Source: a virus
Lineage: Duplodnaviria; Caudoviricetes
Length of the DNA: 56,558 nt
Virus record (IMG/VR): IMGVR_UViG_3300010214_000031
Location: 1-56,558 of that record
Direction: 5' to 3' (one strand)
The translations under genes and the position numbers were made by a program. Shown one piece after another: positions 46,748 through 55,809 of this stretch. Position 1 is the stretch's first letter. Every line of letters starts with the position of its first letter. The notes under the pieces were generated by a model. That model was not told where the DNA came from. It ran no database searches and was given only the letters and a program-made list of their open reading frames with translations.

Positions 46748-46800
46748 CTGGATTGCCCCCATGCATGAGCCGGCGCGACCGAAGCCGCGCCGGCAATCGG

Positions 46801-47655
46801 TCAGTTGCCGCCGTAGAAGACCTGGCGTTGGGTGGCGTTGCCGATCACCATGACCAGCTTCTCGAAAGCGTCCTGCTCGCCCTGCTGGCGGTTCAGGATG
46901 TCGATCTTGAATTTGAGTTCACCGCGATCGAGGCTGTAGCGAAGCTTGGCCCCGAACTGGTGATTGTCGCAGCCCTGGAAGACCGGGCAGACGATCGTCA
47001 GATCCTGCGGAACCACGATCTTGCCGTTCTTGCCGGAGGTCGAATCCGTCTCCTCGTAGGCCAAGGCGACTGTGCCATCGTTGAGCCGACTGCCGCTCTT
47101 GAACTTGACCTCGCGGTCGACCTTCAGCTCGGACGCGATCTCCAGCAGCAGCGCGCCGGCGGGTTCGGCGATCGTGTGCAGCATCTCCTCGAGGAAGATG
47201 CCGAGTTCCTTCTGGGTCTTGGTCTGACCGTCGATGGCGCGCCAGCGCTTCCAGTCGATGGACCAGGGGCACGGATGCGAAACGCGGTGCTGCAGGTAGT
47301 CGGCCTTGGCTTCGACAATGCTCTCACCGGCCCCGCCGACGCCCGCGTGATAGTCGAGGATGCCAAGGATCGTGTTTTTGTCGATGTCGGCGAAGATGAC
47401 CGAGTGCTCGGTCTTGTAGCGGTTGAAATACTCGACGAAGCTGTCCGGATCATCCATGCGCGGCGCGGCGCGAATACGCGTCAGCTTGGCGTCGAGCTGC
47501 GGAAATTTCTCGATCTTGAAACCGTCCGGCACCAGGTAGCCGACACTGCCGTCCGGCAAGGTGATCTCGTTGAGATCGCTCAAGGCCATACCGACGCGGA
47601 AAGCGGTCTGGAGATTGCTGTCGGAAATAGGTTCGTTCGGGACGACGCGGTCCAT
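46801..47655 (-). CDS. DUF2303 (YfdQ) family protein
   Basis: SFVEYFNR...ILDYH...W..IDG....Q.EL..FLE...PVF.G. Confidence 0.85.
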   Translation of the reverse strand: MDRVVPNEPISDSNLQTAFRVGMALSDLNEITLPDGSVGYLVPDGFKIEKFPQLDAKLTRIRAAPRMDDPDSFVEYFNRYKTEHSVIFADIDKNTILGILDYHAGVGGAGESIVEAKADYLQHRVSHPCPWSIDWKRWRAIDGQTKTQKELGIFLEEMLHTIAEPAGALLLEIASELKVDREVKFKSGSRLNDGTVALAYEETDSTSGKNGKIVVPQDLTIVCPVFQGCDNHQFGAKLRYSLDRGELKFKIDILNRQQGEQDAFEKLVMVIGNATQRQVFYGGN

Positions 47656-47658
47656 GGT

Positions 47659-47991
47659 CTACTCCTGAGGGTGCTTGCGGGGGTTGCGGAAGTCGGCTTC
47701 GACCACGGCCGACAGCTCGGGCTGTCGGGGGTCTTTGCGGGAGAACTCCTCGCTCTCCTCGTCGAAGAAGAAGATGCTTTCGACGCGCGGCGGCTGCGGC
47801 ACCGAGAACTTCAGCTCGGACAGAAACAGGAAGGCATCACCCTTCTTCTTGACCTTGAGCTTGATGGTGATGTCGCCGGTGCCGCCATATTGGTCGATGG
47901 CCGCCCTGATCTGTTCGAGCGCGTCTTCAGCGTCGTCGACCAGCTTCTTGCGGTCCGCCTCGCGGATGATCTGAATCAGTGATTTGCCCAT
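47659..47991 (-). CDS. Partner of DUF2303 (YfdP-like)
   Basis: G.ITIKLKV...P......IFF....FSRKDPRQ.EL; usual adjacency. Confidence 0.7.
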   Translation of the reverse strand: MGKSLIQIIREADRKKLVDDAEDALEQIRAAIDQYGGTGDITIKLKVKKKGDAFLFLSELKFSVPQPPRVESIFFFDEESEEFSRKDPRQPELSAVVEADFRNPRKHPQE

Positions 47992-48033
47992 CTGCCGGGT
48001 GCCCTCTCTCGTGGCCCGGTAACAGCGTCGGGC

Positions 48034-48390
48034 CTACCTCACCAGGGCCGCCTTCTCGGTGCGAAGACGGTCCATCTGTTGGTCGATCTCATGCAGGCGC
48101 TCTGCCTCGCAGGCGCGCTCAATCCAGGTTGCCGGCTCGCGGATGGCCGCGCGGAACAGGGATGGCCCGAAGGCGCACAAGAGTATCGACAGGTGCTCGG
48201 CTGACGGTCGCGACCGCCGTTGGAGCCAGTTGGCGACGGACGCCGCCGAAATGCCGGTCGAGGCCTGAACGTGAAACTCGGTCGAGGTGGGAAACCTCAC
48301 CTTCAGCCAGCCGATAAGGCCGGACATGTCGAACAGGTCTGCGGATGGTTTGCCGCAACGTTGCGGGTGGGAATTGGCAGAGTTGCGCAC
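48034..48390 (-). CDS. CII-like HTH regulator
   Basis: GTG start with GGAG RBS; TGISAASVANWL...SRPS; position after cro. Confidence 0.6.
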   Translation of the reverse strand: MRNSANSHPQRCGKPSADLFDMSGLIGWLKVRFPTSTEFHVQASTGISAASVANWLQRRSRPSAEHLSILLCAFGPSLFRAAIREPATWIERACEAERLHEIDQQMDRLRTEKAALVR

Positions 48391-48708
48391 GGTTTTGCTC
48401 CACGATTGGCGTCGTGAAGTCACCGGGCTGGCCGGTTGGAACTCCGGCCCCTCTGAGATGGCTGACAGGCCGAACATGGCCCCCTCGAACTGCTGGAACA
48501 CGCAAATGGCTTTCGAACACATCGGCAAGCTTGCGCGCGGCATTCTGGAACAATGCCGCGCTGCCAAAGGTGAAAACCGATCCCAGGATATCGAGAGCCG
48601 CGGGGAGGCTGAGATCACTCGACACGATCTCCACCTCCCCGCGACCGTTCCTTGCTGCCGCAGGGCGGGGGGCTTGGGGTACACACGGCACAAGGAAATC
48701 TGAGCCCG

Positions 48709-49497
48709 TCATGGACGTGGCTCCTTGGCCTCTGCCGTCTTCTGGCAGGGACCACAATGGACGCTCCCGTAACCGCCGCAGCGGTCAAGGTGAAGGCAAT
48801 GTGGACGCAACTCTTCAATCGACTTGGGACGCAATGCGACCCCTGTGGCCCCGCCGGCATCGGGAGTGAGTGCCGACGCGGCCACAGGAGTATCGGGGCC
48901 GCCGACCGGGCCGACCCGATTGTCTGCCGCCGGCGAGCCAGCGGGCTCATCAGCGGTCTTCAAGCTGTCGCCCGAGGCTGGTTGCCCGGCCTCGGGCTTA
49001 TCCGCAGCGTCATCCCCCTGCCCTGCGAAAGGCAGGTCGCTTGTCCCGGCGGTTGGTGTTTCGGCTGGGGATTGCTTGGCCTCGCCCGTGGCGATGCCGG
49101 TATGCTTGGTGACGATGTCGGCGCCGCTGTCAGATCGCTTGCCGACGACACGAAGGTTCGGCTTCTTGCCAGCCTCACGTGCATGCGCCTGCGCGGCGGC
49201 CTTGGCTTTGGCATCCTGATACGCCTGGCGGTACAGGTCGACGAGCGTGTCGCGCTCTTCGACATGCGCCTTGCCGTGCTTCGCCTCGTTCCGCTGCTCA
49301 GTGACGAGCACGCCGATTGCCTGCTTGTCGAGGCCAACGCCATGAGCCTCGGCGTAGACCTCGCGGACGTCAGCGCCGATGTCGTCCTGCTTGCTCTTCA
49401 GCGCCAGGATGCGATCGACGAAGACCATCATCTGGTCGCCTGCGATGTTCGCTTCGGTCGGATTGACGGTGCCTGGGGTGGTACGGTGCTTGATCAT
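48709..49497 (-). CDS. GapR (DUF2312) domain protein with long C-terminal extension
   Basis: FVDRI..L...DI..DVREVYAEA.G.GLD...E.D.L.DLY..A. Confidence 0.8.
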   Translation of the reverse strand: MIKHRTTPGTVNPTEANIAGDQMMVFVDRILALKSKQDDIGADVREVYAEAHGVGLDKQAIGVLVTEQRNEAKHGKAHVEERDTLVDLYRQAYQDAKAKAAAQAHAREAGKKPNLRVVGKRSDSGADIVTKHTGIATGEAKQSPAETPTAGTSDLPFAGQGDDAADKPEAGQPASGDSLKTADEPAGSPAADNRVGPVGGPDTPVAASALTPDAGGATGVALRPKSIEELRPHCLHLDRCGGYGSVHCGPCQKTAEAKEPRP

Positions 49498-49706
49498 GCT
49501 GCCCATTCCTTCCGGGCCTCATTGATCCTGGCGCGCTCGGCGACCATGAAGCCCCTGATCTGGGCTTCCGTCTCCGGCCAAACCCTCTTGCCGGAACGTA
49601 GACGCTCCATCAGCCGGCCATTGCGCACAGCGCGGATGCCGAACTGGTAGTCACCGATGCCGGTGAGCTTCAGGAACTCGTTGATGTCTGCGAGCAGCTT
49701 GTCCAT
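49494..49706 (-). CDS. Cro-like regulator
   Basis: LL..I..FL..TG....FG..A.....L.ERLRSG...PET...IR.FM; divergent from the repressor. Confidence 0.8.
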   Translation of the reverse strand: MDKLLADINEFLKLTGIGDYQFGIRAVRNGRLMERLRSGKRVWPETEAQIRGFMVAERARINEARKEWAA

Positions 49707-49717
49707 GGCGCGCACAA

Positions 49718-49775
49718 TACACGCATTTGCGTGGATGGCAATACGCGGAATTACGTGCACACGCAATTCCGTCTA
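49718..49775. promoter_or_regulatory. Three 18-bp operators overlapping the divergent cro/cI promoters
   Basis: TACACGCATTTGCGTGGA (49718), TACGCGGAATTACGTGCA (49742), CACACGCAATTCCGTCTA (49758). Confidence 0.75.
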
Positions 49776-49793
49776 TTGTGCTAGGCCTTCGCC

Positions 49794-50108
49794 ATGACTG
49801 AGGACTGGAAAGAGCGCATCCTGGCGGCGGCTGCAAAGGACGGAAGGTCCGACCGCGCCATCAGCATTGCCGCCGGGCTGGGTGAAAACTTTCTCAACCA
49901 GCTCCGGCATCAATCACGTGTCTCGCCAAGCGTCGACAAGGTGCTCCAGCTCGCCAGCGAATTGAAGCTCAGCCGATCGCAGCTTTTCATCGGCGACGAC
50001 ATCAGCCAAGAGGACGAGGAGTTTTTGGAACTTCTTCGGAACTCTGCCCCGGCTGAGCGGCAGGCGCTTTTGTTGCTCTTGAAAGGTCGGCTTCCCGCCA
50101 AAGAGTAA
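49794..50108 (+). CDS. CI-like XRE repressor lacking an S24 peptidase domain
   Basis: SDRAISIAAGLGENFLNQL...PSVD.V..LA..L HTH; only 104 aa. Confidence 0.85.
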   Translation: MTEDWKERILAAAAKDGRSDRAISIAAGLGENFLNQLRHQSRVSPSVDKVLQLASELKLSRSQLFIGDDISQEDEEFLELLRNSAPAERQALLLLLKGRLPAKE

Positions 50109-50175
50109 GCCGACGGCGCTTTTCCTCCGCCGTCAGCTTCAGCCACTCCCTGATCAACTCTCCAACTACACGCAC
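50002..50175 (-). CDS. 57-aa antisense ORF, candidate antirepressor (not in ORF track)
   Basis: GGGGG RBS-like run then GTG; MRVVGELIREWLKLTAEEKRRRLTLWREAD... Confidence 0.45.
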   Translation of the reverse strand: MRVVGELIREWLKLTAEEKRRRLTLWREADLSRATKAPAAQPGQSSEEVPKTPRPLG

Positions 50176-50214
50176 TGGATTTCCCCCGCATCTTCTGCCG
50201 GCGGCGATAGGATA

Positions 50215-50243
50215 ATGTTCCTACATTTTTACACGCATGCCAA
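50215..50243 (-). promoter_or_regulatory. Putative promoter with degenerate LexA box
   Basis: TTGGCA-17 bp-GAACAT; TAAA-N7-GAAC versus the alphaproteobacterial GAAC-N7-GAAC. Confidence 0.4.
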
Positions 50244-50314
50244 GCCCCGTCGGCTCTAGGCCCGTACGGCCACTATAGTAGCGCCACCTGATTAGGCACA
50301 TACAATTGCAGATA

Positions 50315-50366
50315 TACACGAATTTGCGCGTACATTGATTGACACCCACGCAGTTGCGTGTATCGT
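50315..50366 (+). promoter_or_regulatory. Early promoter with two operators
   Basis: TACACGAATTTGCGCGTA (50315), TTGACA (50339), CCCACGCAGTTGCGTGTA (50345), TATCGT (50361). Confidence 0.75.
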
Positions 50367-50395
50367 TATGCCTCGAAACGACCCGAGGCACAACC

Positions 50396-50773
50396 ATGAA
50401 CGTCAATCGCATCCACGAAATCCTGCGCATGACGACGCGCCCCTTCCGCAAGGGGCCGGCAGTCCTCAAGCAGCATGCATCGACCGCGTACTTCGCGATG
50501 CCGCACGTCGATACGGCGGCGCCCAACCTGCGCAAGGTCGATGTCCACTACATCGTCGTGACCGTTGACCAGGATGTCGCCGAGACGCTGGGCAATTGCT
50601 TAGGCAGCACCATCGCAGACTTTTCCAGGAACGTCGACACGTCTGGCCGGCTCGCCGACGCCCTCTATGGCCACATGCGCCGGGCCATTCGCGCCAGCAT
50701 GACGGATAGCTGCGAGGTCGACTGCCACACAGCGAGTTTTCACGTGCCCATCACCGAAGGTGGCTCGGCATGA
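50396..50773 (+). CDS. Hypothetical early protein
   Basis: GAGG RBS, MNVNR start; first gene after the promoter. Confidence 0.6.
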   Translation: MNVNRIHEILRMTTRPFRKGPAVLKQHASTAYFAMPHVDTAAPNLRKVDVHYIVVTVDQDVAETLGNCLGSTIADFSRNVDTSGRLADALYGHMRRAIRASMTDSCEVDCHTASFHVPITEGGSA

Positions 50774-50836
50774 CGAACCACAAACTCCGTCGCGTCCTCC
50801 ACGACCGCGAACGCCACCTGCTGGAAGGGCAGACCA

Positions 50837-51943
50837 ATGTCTGAGAACGCTTACGCCTATTGGTACGAAGAACTCGACAAGCCGGGCTGCAATCCTCGCG
50901 ACACCGACCGGCGCGACCTTGCCGGCTTCTACCGGATGAAGGGCGCCGAGACCAAGCCGGACTTTCCGGTGGCGATCTGGCCGCGACAGGGCGACGGCAA
51001 GCTGTTGCTGAAGGTCGGCCGCACGCGGGAAATCGAAGAGGGCACGGACAAGTTCTGGGACTTCCTGATGGGCGGCTGGCTGGCGTCGTCGGCTGTGCCA
51101 CACGAATCCTATCAGCATGCGCTCGACCAAGGCGTCTGGGCTGACAATGGCAAGGCCGCTCGCCAGGTCGAGAAGGTGCCAGAGAAGCGCAAGGAGCCCG
51201 AGCAGGCACCGGCACCGGTCGAAGTGCACAATCGCCCTGCCCAGCCTCCTGTGCGCCAGCCAGGCGTGCAGGTTGCTGCAGGCGACAATGGCGGCCCTGC
51301 CCTTGGCCAGGAGATCGCCGAGAAGGTGAAAGCCGAGAACGCGCTGCTGCGCCAGCTCACGGCCCAGCCTGTCACCGACAAGGACACCGCCGAGAAGGTC
51401 GGCGAATGCGTCAATCGCCTGCTCAAGCTCAAAGGGACTGCCGAAACGGACCATAAGGCGGCCAAGGCCTACTGGCTGGAAGGCGGTCGCAAGGTCGATG
51501 CTGCCTTCAATCCGTCGATCAAGGCGGCCGATGAAGGCATGAAGTTCGGCCGCCTAAAGGTGAAAGCCTTCCTAGACGCCGAACAGAAGCGCCTCGAGGC
51601 CAAGGCCGCCGAGGAAGCCGCCATCAAGCAGGCGGAGATGGACCGCAGGGCCAAAGAGGAAGCCGAACTCACCGGCAAGCCGCTGGAAGAGATCGAGGTC
51701 AAGCAGGTCCAGCCGAAGCATGTCGTGGCTAAGGTTGGCGGTGCCGCCGGCAAGTCGATCACGGTCAACCAGCGCCGCTACTACCGCGCCGAGATCACCG
51801 ACTATTACGCGCTTGTCGACGCCTTCAAGGACGAGCCCGAGCTGTATGACGCTGTCGTGCGCATCGCCCACCGGCTCGCCAACGTCAAGGATGCCACCAT
51901 CCCGAAGGGCATGCGCGTCGTCGAAGTGCAGGAGGCCGCATAA
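50837..51943 (+). CDS. Coiled-coil phage protein of the recombination module
   Basis: 368 aa; K.AE..HK..K...LE.GRKVDA.F helical region. Confidence 0.7.
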   Translation: MSENAYAYWYEELDKPGCNPRDTDRRDLAGFYRMKGAETKPDFPVAIWPRQGDGKLLLKVGRTREIEEGTDKFWDFLMGGWLASSAVPHESYQHALDQGVWADNGKAARQVEKVPEKRKEPEQAPAPVEVHNRPAQPPVRQPGVQVAAGDNGGPALGQEIAEKVKAENALLRQLTAQPVTDKDTAEKVGECVNRLLKLKGTAETDHKAAKAYWLEGGRKVDAAFNPSIKAADEGMKFGRLKVKAFLDAEQKRLEAKAAEEAAIKQAEMDRRAKEEAELTGKPLEEIEVKQVQPKHVVAKVGGAAGKSITVNQRRYYRAEITDYYALVDAFKDEPELYDAVVRIAHRLANVKDATIPKGMRVVEVQEAA

Positions 51944-52218
51944 TGCTGGACTCCAAGCTCTTCAAGGAAATCTGCCACGTCCTGCTGAACATCGACAAGC
52001 AGGACCTGGAAGAGGCTGGCGTCATCGAGCGAGGCGCCACAGGCGGATCGTCTTGGGACCGGTTCAACAACGACGTCTGCATCTTCGTGCTGAAGCTGCC
52101 CGACCAACGCCGCGACGCCCTTTGCCGGCTGATCGACGAAAAGCTCAACCCGCCACCACCACCCATTCCAGCCAGCGCCTTTGTGGACGCTGAAGACCGT
52201 TCAGGGGAAGTCCAATGA
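51943..52218 (+). CDS. Hypothetical protein
   Basis: TAATG/ATGA coupling on both sides. Confidence 0.6.
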   Translation: MLDSKLFKEICHVLLNIDKQDLEEAGVIERGATGGSSWDRFNNDVCIFVLKLPDQRRDALCRLIDEKLNPPPPPIPASAFVDAEDRSGEVQ

Positions 52219-52832
52219 CCAAGTTTGCCATCTTCGATACCGAAACCAGCGGCCTGTTCGATTTCTCTCGGCCTGCCGACGCCGAAGGCCAGCCGCGCCT
52301 TGCCCACCTCAACATCATCCTGCTCGACGAGCAGATGGTCGAGGAGGACGTCATCGACCTCTACGTCAAGCCGGACGGCTGGGAGATGCAACCTGATGCG
52401 CAGGCAATCAACGGCCTGACCGATGAGTTCCTGGATGCCAACGGCACGCCCATTGCCGTCGTGCTGGCGAAGTATGCCGAGATCATCGACCAGGGCTATG
52501 CACTGGCAGCCTACAACGCCCAATACGACACCAAGGTCATGCGCGGCGAAATGCGCCGGCTCGGCATCGACGATCGCTTTGAAGCAACGCCCAACGTCTG
52601 CATCATGCGTGCCTGTGGCGGCCTGAAGATCCAGAAGGCTGATGGTGGCAGAGGCTGGCCCAAGCTCAGCGACTGCTGCGCCCATTTCGGCATCGACCAC
52701 AATGCAGCGCACACTGCGGGCGGCGACACGCGCGCAGCACTTGAGGTGTTCCTGCGCCTCCATGCGCTCGGCGCGCTGCCGGATGCCCGGGTTCATTACG
52801 CCAAGAACCGTCCCGACAGCGAAGCGGCGTAG
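52215..52832 (+). CDS. DEDDh 3'-5' exonuclease (DnaQ-like)
   Basis: FDTETSG, AYNAQYD, AHTAGGD. Confidence 0.9.
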   Translation: MTKFAIFDTETSGLFDFSRPADAEGQPRLAHLNIILLDEQMVEEDVIDLYVKPDGWEMQPDAQAINGLTDEFLDANGTPIAVVLAKYAEIIDQGYALAAYNAQYDTKVMRGEMRRLGIDDRFEATPNVCIMRACGGLKIQKADGGRGWPKLSDCCAHFGIDHNAAHTAGGDTRAALEVFLRLHALGALPDARVHYAKNRPDSEAA

Positions 52833-52839
52833 GTGCAAC

Positions 52840-53892
52840 ATGAACGCGCCAGTCAACAACGCCCAGCAATCAAAGGCGGTGGTGCTTCAGCCACCGTCGA
52901 TGCCAATGCCTGACGGCGTGGCATCCGAGTATGGCCTGACAGGTGCGCAGTGGCGTGTACTTGTTGACCAGCTCTTCCCGAGTGCCAAGAGCAGCGAAGC
53001 CATCATCATGGCAGTGACTTACTGCCGTGCTCGCAACCTCGATATCTTCAAGAAGCCTGTCCACATCGTGCCGATGTACTCGAGCCAACTCAAGCGCAAT
53101 GTTGAGACGGTCTGGCCGGGTATCGCCGAAATCCGCACCACCGCCACCAGGACACGCGAATATGCCGGCATCGACGAGGTCGTCTTCGGCCCGATGATCG
53201 AGCGTGAGTTCAAGGGCGTGGTCGACGAATGGGACAATGGTCGAAAGACCGGGTCCAAAACGATCCAGAAAAAGGTCCGCTTTCCTGAGTGGGCCAGCGT
53301 TGTCGTCTACCGCTGGGTGCAGGGGCACAAGGCTGCCTTTCACACGAAAATCTTCTGGGAAGAAACCTACGCGACGATCGGCAAGACCGAAGTGCCGAAC
53401 GACACGTGGGAACGGCGGCCACGAGGCCAGTTCGACAAGTGCGTCGAGGCTGCGGCACTGCGCAAGGCCTTCCCAGAAGAGGTCGGCTCCATGTACGCCG
53501 CCGAAGAAATGGAGGGGCGCGTGCTCTATGAGCACGAGCCAATAGGCACCATGCCACCGCCACCGCCACCGCCACCGGCCACCCGCCATGCAGCCCCACA
53601 GGGGCGCACCGACGTCAACGCAGCCGGATCGGTGGTGGATGCGGAGATCGTTGAAGACGATCAAGCCGAGACATCGTCACAGCAGCAGGAGGCGATGCAG
53701 TTCACTGACCCCGACGAGGTCATCAAGGATGCTGAGACCCGTTTCGCCTGCGTCAAGGATGAAGCCGAGTTCGAGGAGCTGCGCGTCGAGTTCGCGCACC
53801 TGCAAGAAAATTGGTTCCCACCGGATTGGGAAAAGCTGGTCGACGTCATGAGCCGGAACTTTGACCGCGTCACTGCAAAGACGGCGGGGTGA
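52840..53892 (+). CDS. bet: Bet/RecT-family single-strand annealing recombinase
   Basis: YCRARNLD..KKPVHIVP...R..A.RT..YAG...W...P.GQ..KC.EA.ALRKAFP...YAAEEM. Confidence 0.9.
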   Translation: MNAPVNNAQQSKAVVLQPPSMPMPDGVASEYGLTGAQWRVLVDQLFPSAKSSEAIIMAVTYCRARNLDIFKKPVHIVPMYSSQLKRNVETVWPGIAEIRTTATRTREYAGIDEVVFGPMIEREFKGVVDEWDNGRKTGSKTIQKKVRFPEWASVVVYRWVQGHKAAFHTKIFWEETYATIGKTEVPNDTWERRPRGQFDKCVEAAALRKAFPEEVGSMYAAEEMEGRVLYEHEPIGTMPPPPPPPPATRHAAPQGRTDVNAAGSVVDAEIVEDDQAETSSQQQEAMQFTDPDEVIKDAETRFACVKDEAEFEELRVEFAHLQENWFPPDWEKLVDVMSRNFDRVTAKTAG

Positions 53893-53896
53893 CACC

Positions 53897-54325
53897 ATGG
53901 CTGAAGATCTTCGCCTCTACGAGCTGATCAATCCGTCAGACCAGATCACGTTCCGCGCTTCACCTCTGCATGCCGCGATCATCGCCGATCTCATGTCTTC
54001 GTCGCTCTACTTCGTGAAGGACGTCGAGACCGGCAAGGCACCGGCGGACCCTGACGACATCCAGTCTGCCTACAACGCCATCTGGCAGGATGCCGATGCG
54101 CTCAAGGCATACAGCGACGCTTACGCATCGTTCCTGGTCGGGAGCGCGCGCGATCGCGCTCTGTTCGAAGAGATCGTCGCCGGCATGACGCCCGAGGAAC
54201 GCAAGGCAAGGCGCGACCAATGGCACGATGAGCGCTGCTCGTCGATGAACGACATCTGCCGGCAATGCTGGGAGGCAGCCGCAAAGATCGCTGCCTACAA
54301 GCCGGAGGTGCCGACCGATGGCTGA
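53897..54325 (+). CDS. Hypothetical protein
   Basis: YELINPSD.ITF...SSMNDI. Confidence 0.65.
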   Translation: MAEDLRLYELINPSDQITFRASPLHAAIIADLMSSSLYFVKDVETGKAPADPDDIQSAYNAIWQDADALKAYSDAYASFLVGSARDRALFEEIVAGMTPEERKARRDQWHDERCSSMNDICRQCWEAAAKIAAYKPEVPTDG

Positions 54326-55370
54326 TCAATCCCTCATCGAATGGACTGACGCCACATGGAACCCGATCACCGGTTGTTCGGTGGTCTCACCAGGCTGCAC
54401 CAACTGCTACGCCATGAAGCTCGCCGGCACCCGGCTGAAGCATCATGAAAGCCGCATTGGCCTGACGCGCGACAGCAAGGCTGGGCCGGTATGGAATGGT
54501 GAAGTTCGCCTCAACGAGCAATGGCTCGATCAGCCCCTGCGCTGGGCGCGCCCGCGCCGCATCTTCGTCTGCGCCCATGGCGACCTGTTCGCCGAGAACG
54601 TGCCCGACGAATGGATCGACCGGGTATTCGCCGTCATGGCACTGGCGCCGCAGCATACCTTCCAGGTGCTGACGAAGCGGGCACACCGGATGCGCGAATA
54701 TGTATTCCCTGCCCCGTCGGCGACCGGCACGTCGATGCAAGACCGGCTGTGGAAGCTCTACCATGCCATGGGTGGCCAGCACCCGACAGCTTGGCCTCTG
54801 CCCAACGTCTGGCTCGGCGTCTCTGCCGAGGACCAACAGCGAGCCGACGAGCGGATTCCCGACCTGCTCGCCACGCCGGCGGCAACCCGGTTCATCAGCG
54901 CCGAGCCGCTGCTCGGCTCATTGGACATGACCAGCATCCGTCATCCGATCCCAGGCTGGCCAAATGCGACGGTCAACGCTTTGCGGGGCCTGATCAAAGA
55001 CGACGGCACTTGGACGCGTATCGATTGGGTCATCGTCGGCGGCGAAAGCGGCCGGGGCGCCCGACCGATGCATCCAGCATGGGTACGCTCGCTGCGTGAC
55101 CAGTGCGCCGCCGCCGGTACGGCCTTCTTCTTCAAGCAATGGGGCCTTTGGGCTGACATCAACCAAAGCGAGGCGGCCGACAATGCCGGGTGGGAAGCAC
55201 GCGGCAAGTGGATGATCCTCGATCGCAACGGCGAAATGGACATTCCTGACCACCGCTGGCCGGACGAAGAGGCCGGTGAAGTGGCCGTCGTCGACGTCGG
55301 CAAAAAGGCAGCCGGCCGCCTGCTCGACGGCATCGAACACAACGCCATGCCTCAACCACAGGAGAGCTAG
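54318..55370 (+). CDS. Phage Gp37/Gp68 (DUF5131) family protein
   Basis: IEWTDATWNP.TGC..VSPGC.NCYA, LTKR, S.EPLL, WVIVGGESG, FFFKQWG. Confidence 0.92.
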   Translation: MADQSLIEWTDATWNPITGCSVVSPGCTNCYAMKLAGTRLKHHESRIGLTRDSKAGPVWNGEVRLNEQWLDQPLRWARPRRIFVCAHGDLFAENVPDEWIDRVFAVMALAPQHTFQVLTKRAHRMREYVFPAPSATGTSMQDRLWKLYHAMGGQHPTAWPLPNVWLGVSAEDQQRADERIPDLLATPAATRFISAEPLLGSLDMTSIRHPIPGWPNATVNALRGLIKDDGTWTRIDWVIVGGESGRGARPMHPAWVRSLRDQCAAAGTAFFFKQWGLWADINQSEAADNAGWEARGKWMILDRNGEMDIPDHRWPDEEAGEVAVVDVGKKAAGRLLDGIEHNAMPQPQES

Positions 55371-55405
55371 ATGTCTGAACCACTCTATGCACGAGGACGG
55401 ATGCA

Positions 55406-55807
55406 ATGACCTCGCGCGCCGCTTTCCAGCACGCCACCATCGCCGGCACCCATTGCCTCCTGCCGCTCGATGACGAAGGCCTCGAGCTGCTGAAGTCCAT
55501 GAAAGTCGGCCGCGAGGTCATTGCCGAAATCCACTCGCCGCGGAACCCCCGGCACCACCGATTGCTGTTCGTGCTTCGCCGCCGCATCATCGACGGCGGT
55601 GCATGGGAGGGCGACGCGGAAGGCCTACTCGACTGGATCAAGTACGCCACCGGGCACGTGCGCACCTCTGTCGATCACAACGGCAACGTCCACTACACCC
55701 CGAAGTCCATCGCCTTTGCCAGCATGGGGCAGGACAAGTTCAACCGGTTCTTCGACCGTGCCGTCTACGCGATCTGCCACCGACTTCTCGCCGAGAAGGC
55801 CGCATAG
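55406..55807 (+). CDS. DUF1367-like protein
   Basis: PRNP.HHR..F...PKSIAFASM.Q..F..FF; true start may lie further upstream. Confidence 0.7.
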   Translation: MTSRAAFQHATIAGTHCLLPLDDEGLELLKSMKVGREVIAEIHSPRNPRHHRLLFVLRRRIIDGGAWEGDAEGLLDWIKYATGHVRTSVDHNGNVHYTPKSIAFASMGQDKFNRFFDRAVYAICHRLLAEKAA

Positions 55808-55809
55808 CC

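Noticed and set aside
46769-46794. GC hairpin between DUF2303 and the sigma gene
   Set aside because: No U-tract, so not called a terminator
49910-50191. 93-aa minus-strand ORF from the track as the antirepressor
   Set aside because: No SD and low-complexity translation; the alternative frame at 50002-50175 has a better RBS and a helical pattern
50770-50844. 24-aa ORF bridging two early genes
   Set aside because: Overlaps fit translational coupling, but it is too short to support
53554-53577. CCR repeat tract
   Set aside because: Encodes a poly-Pro linker in Bet
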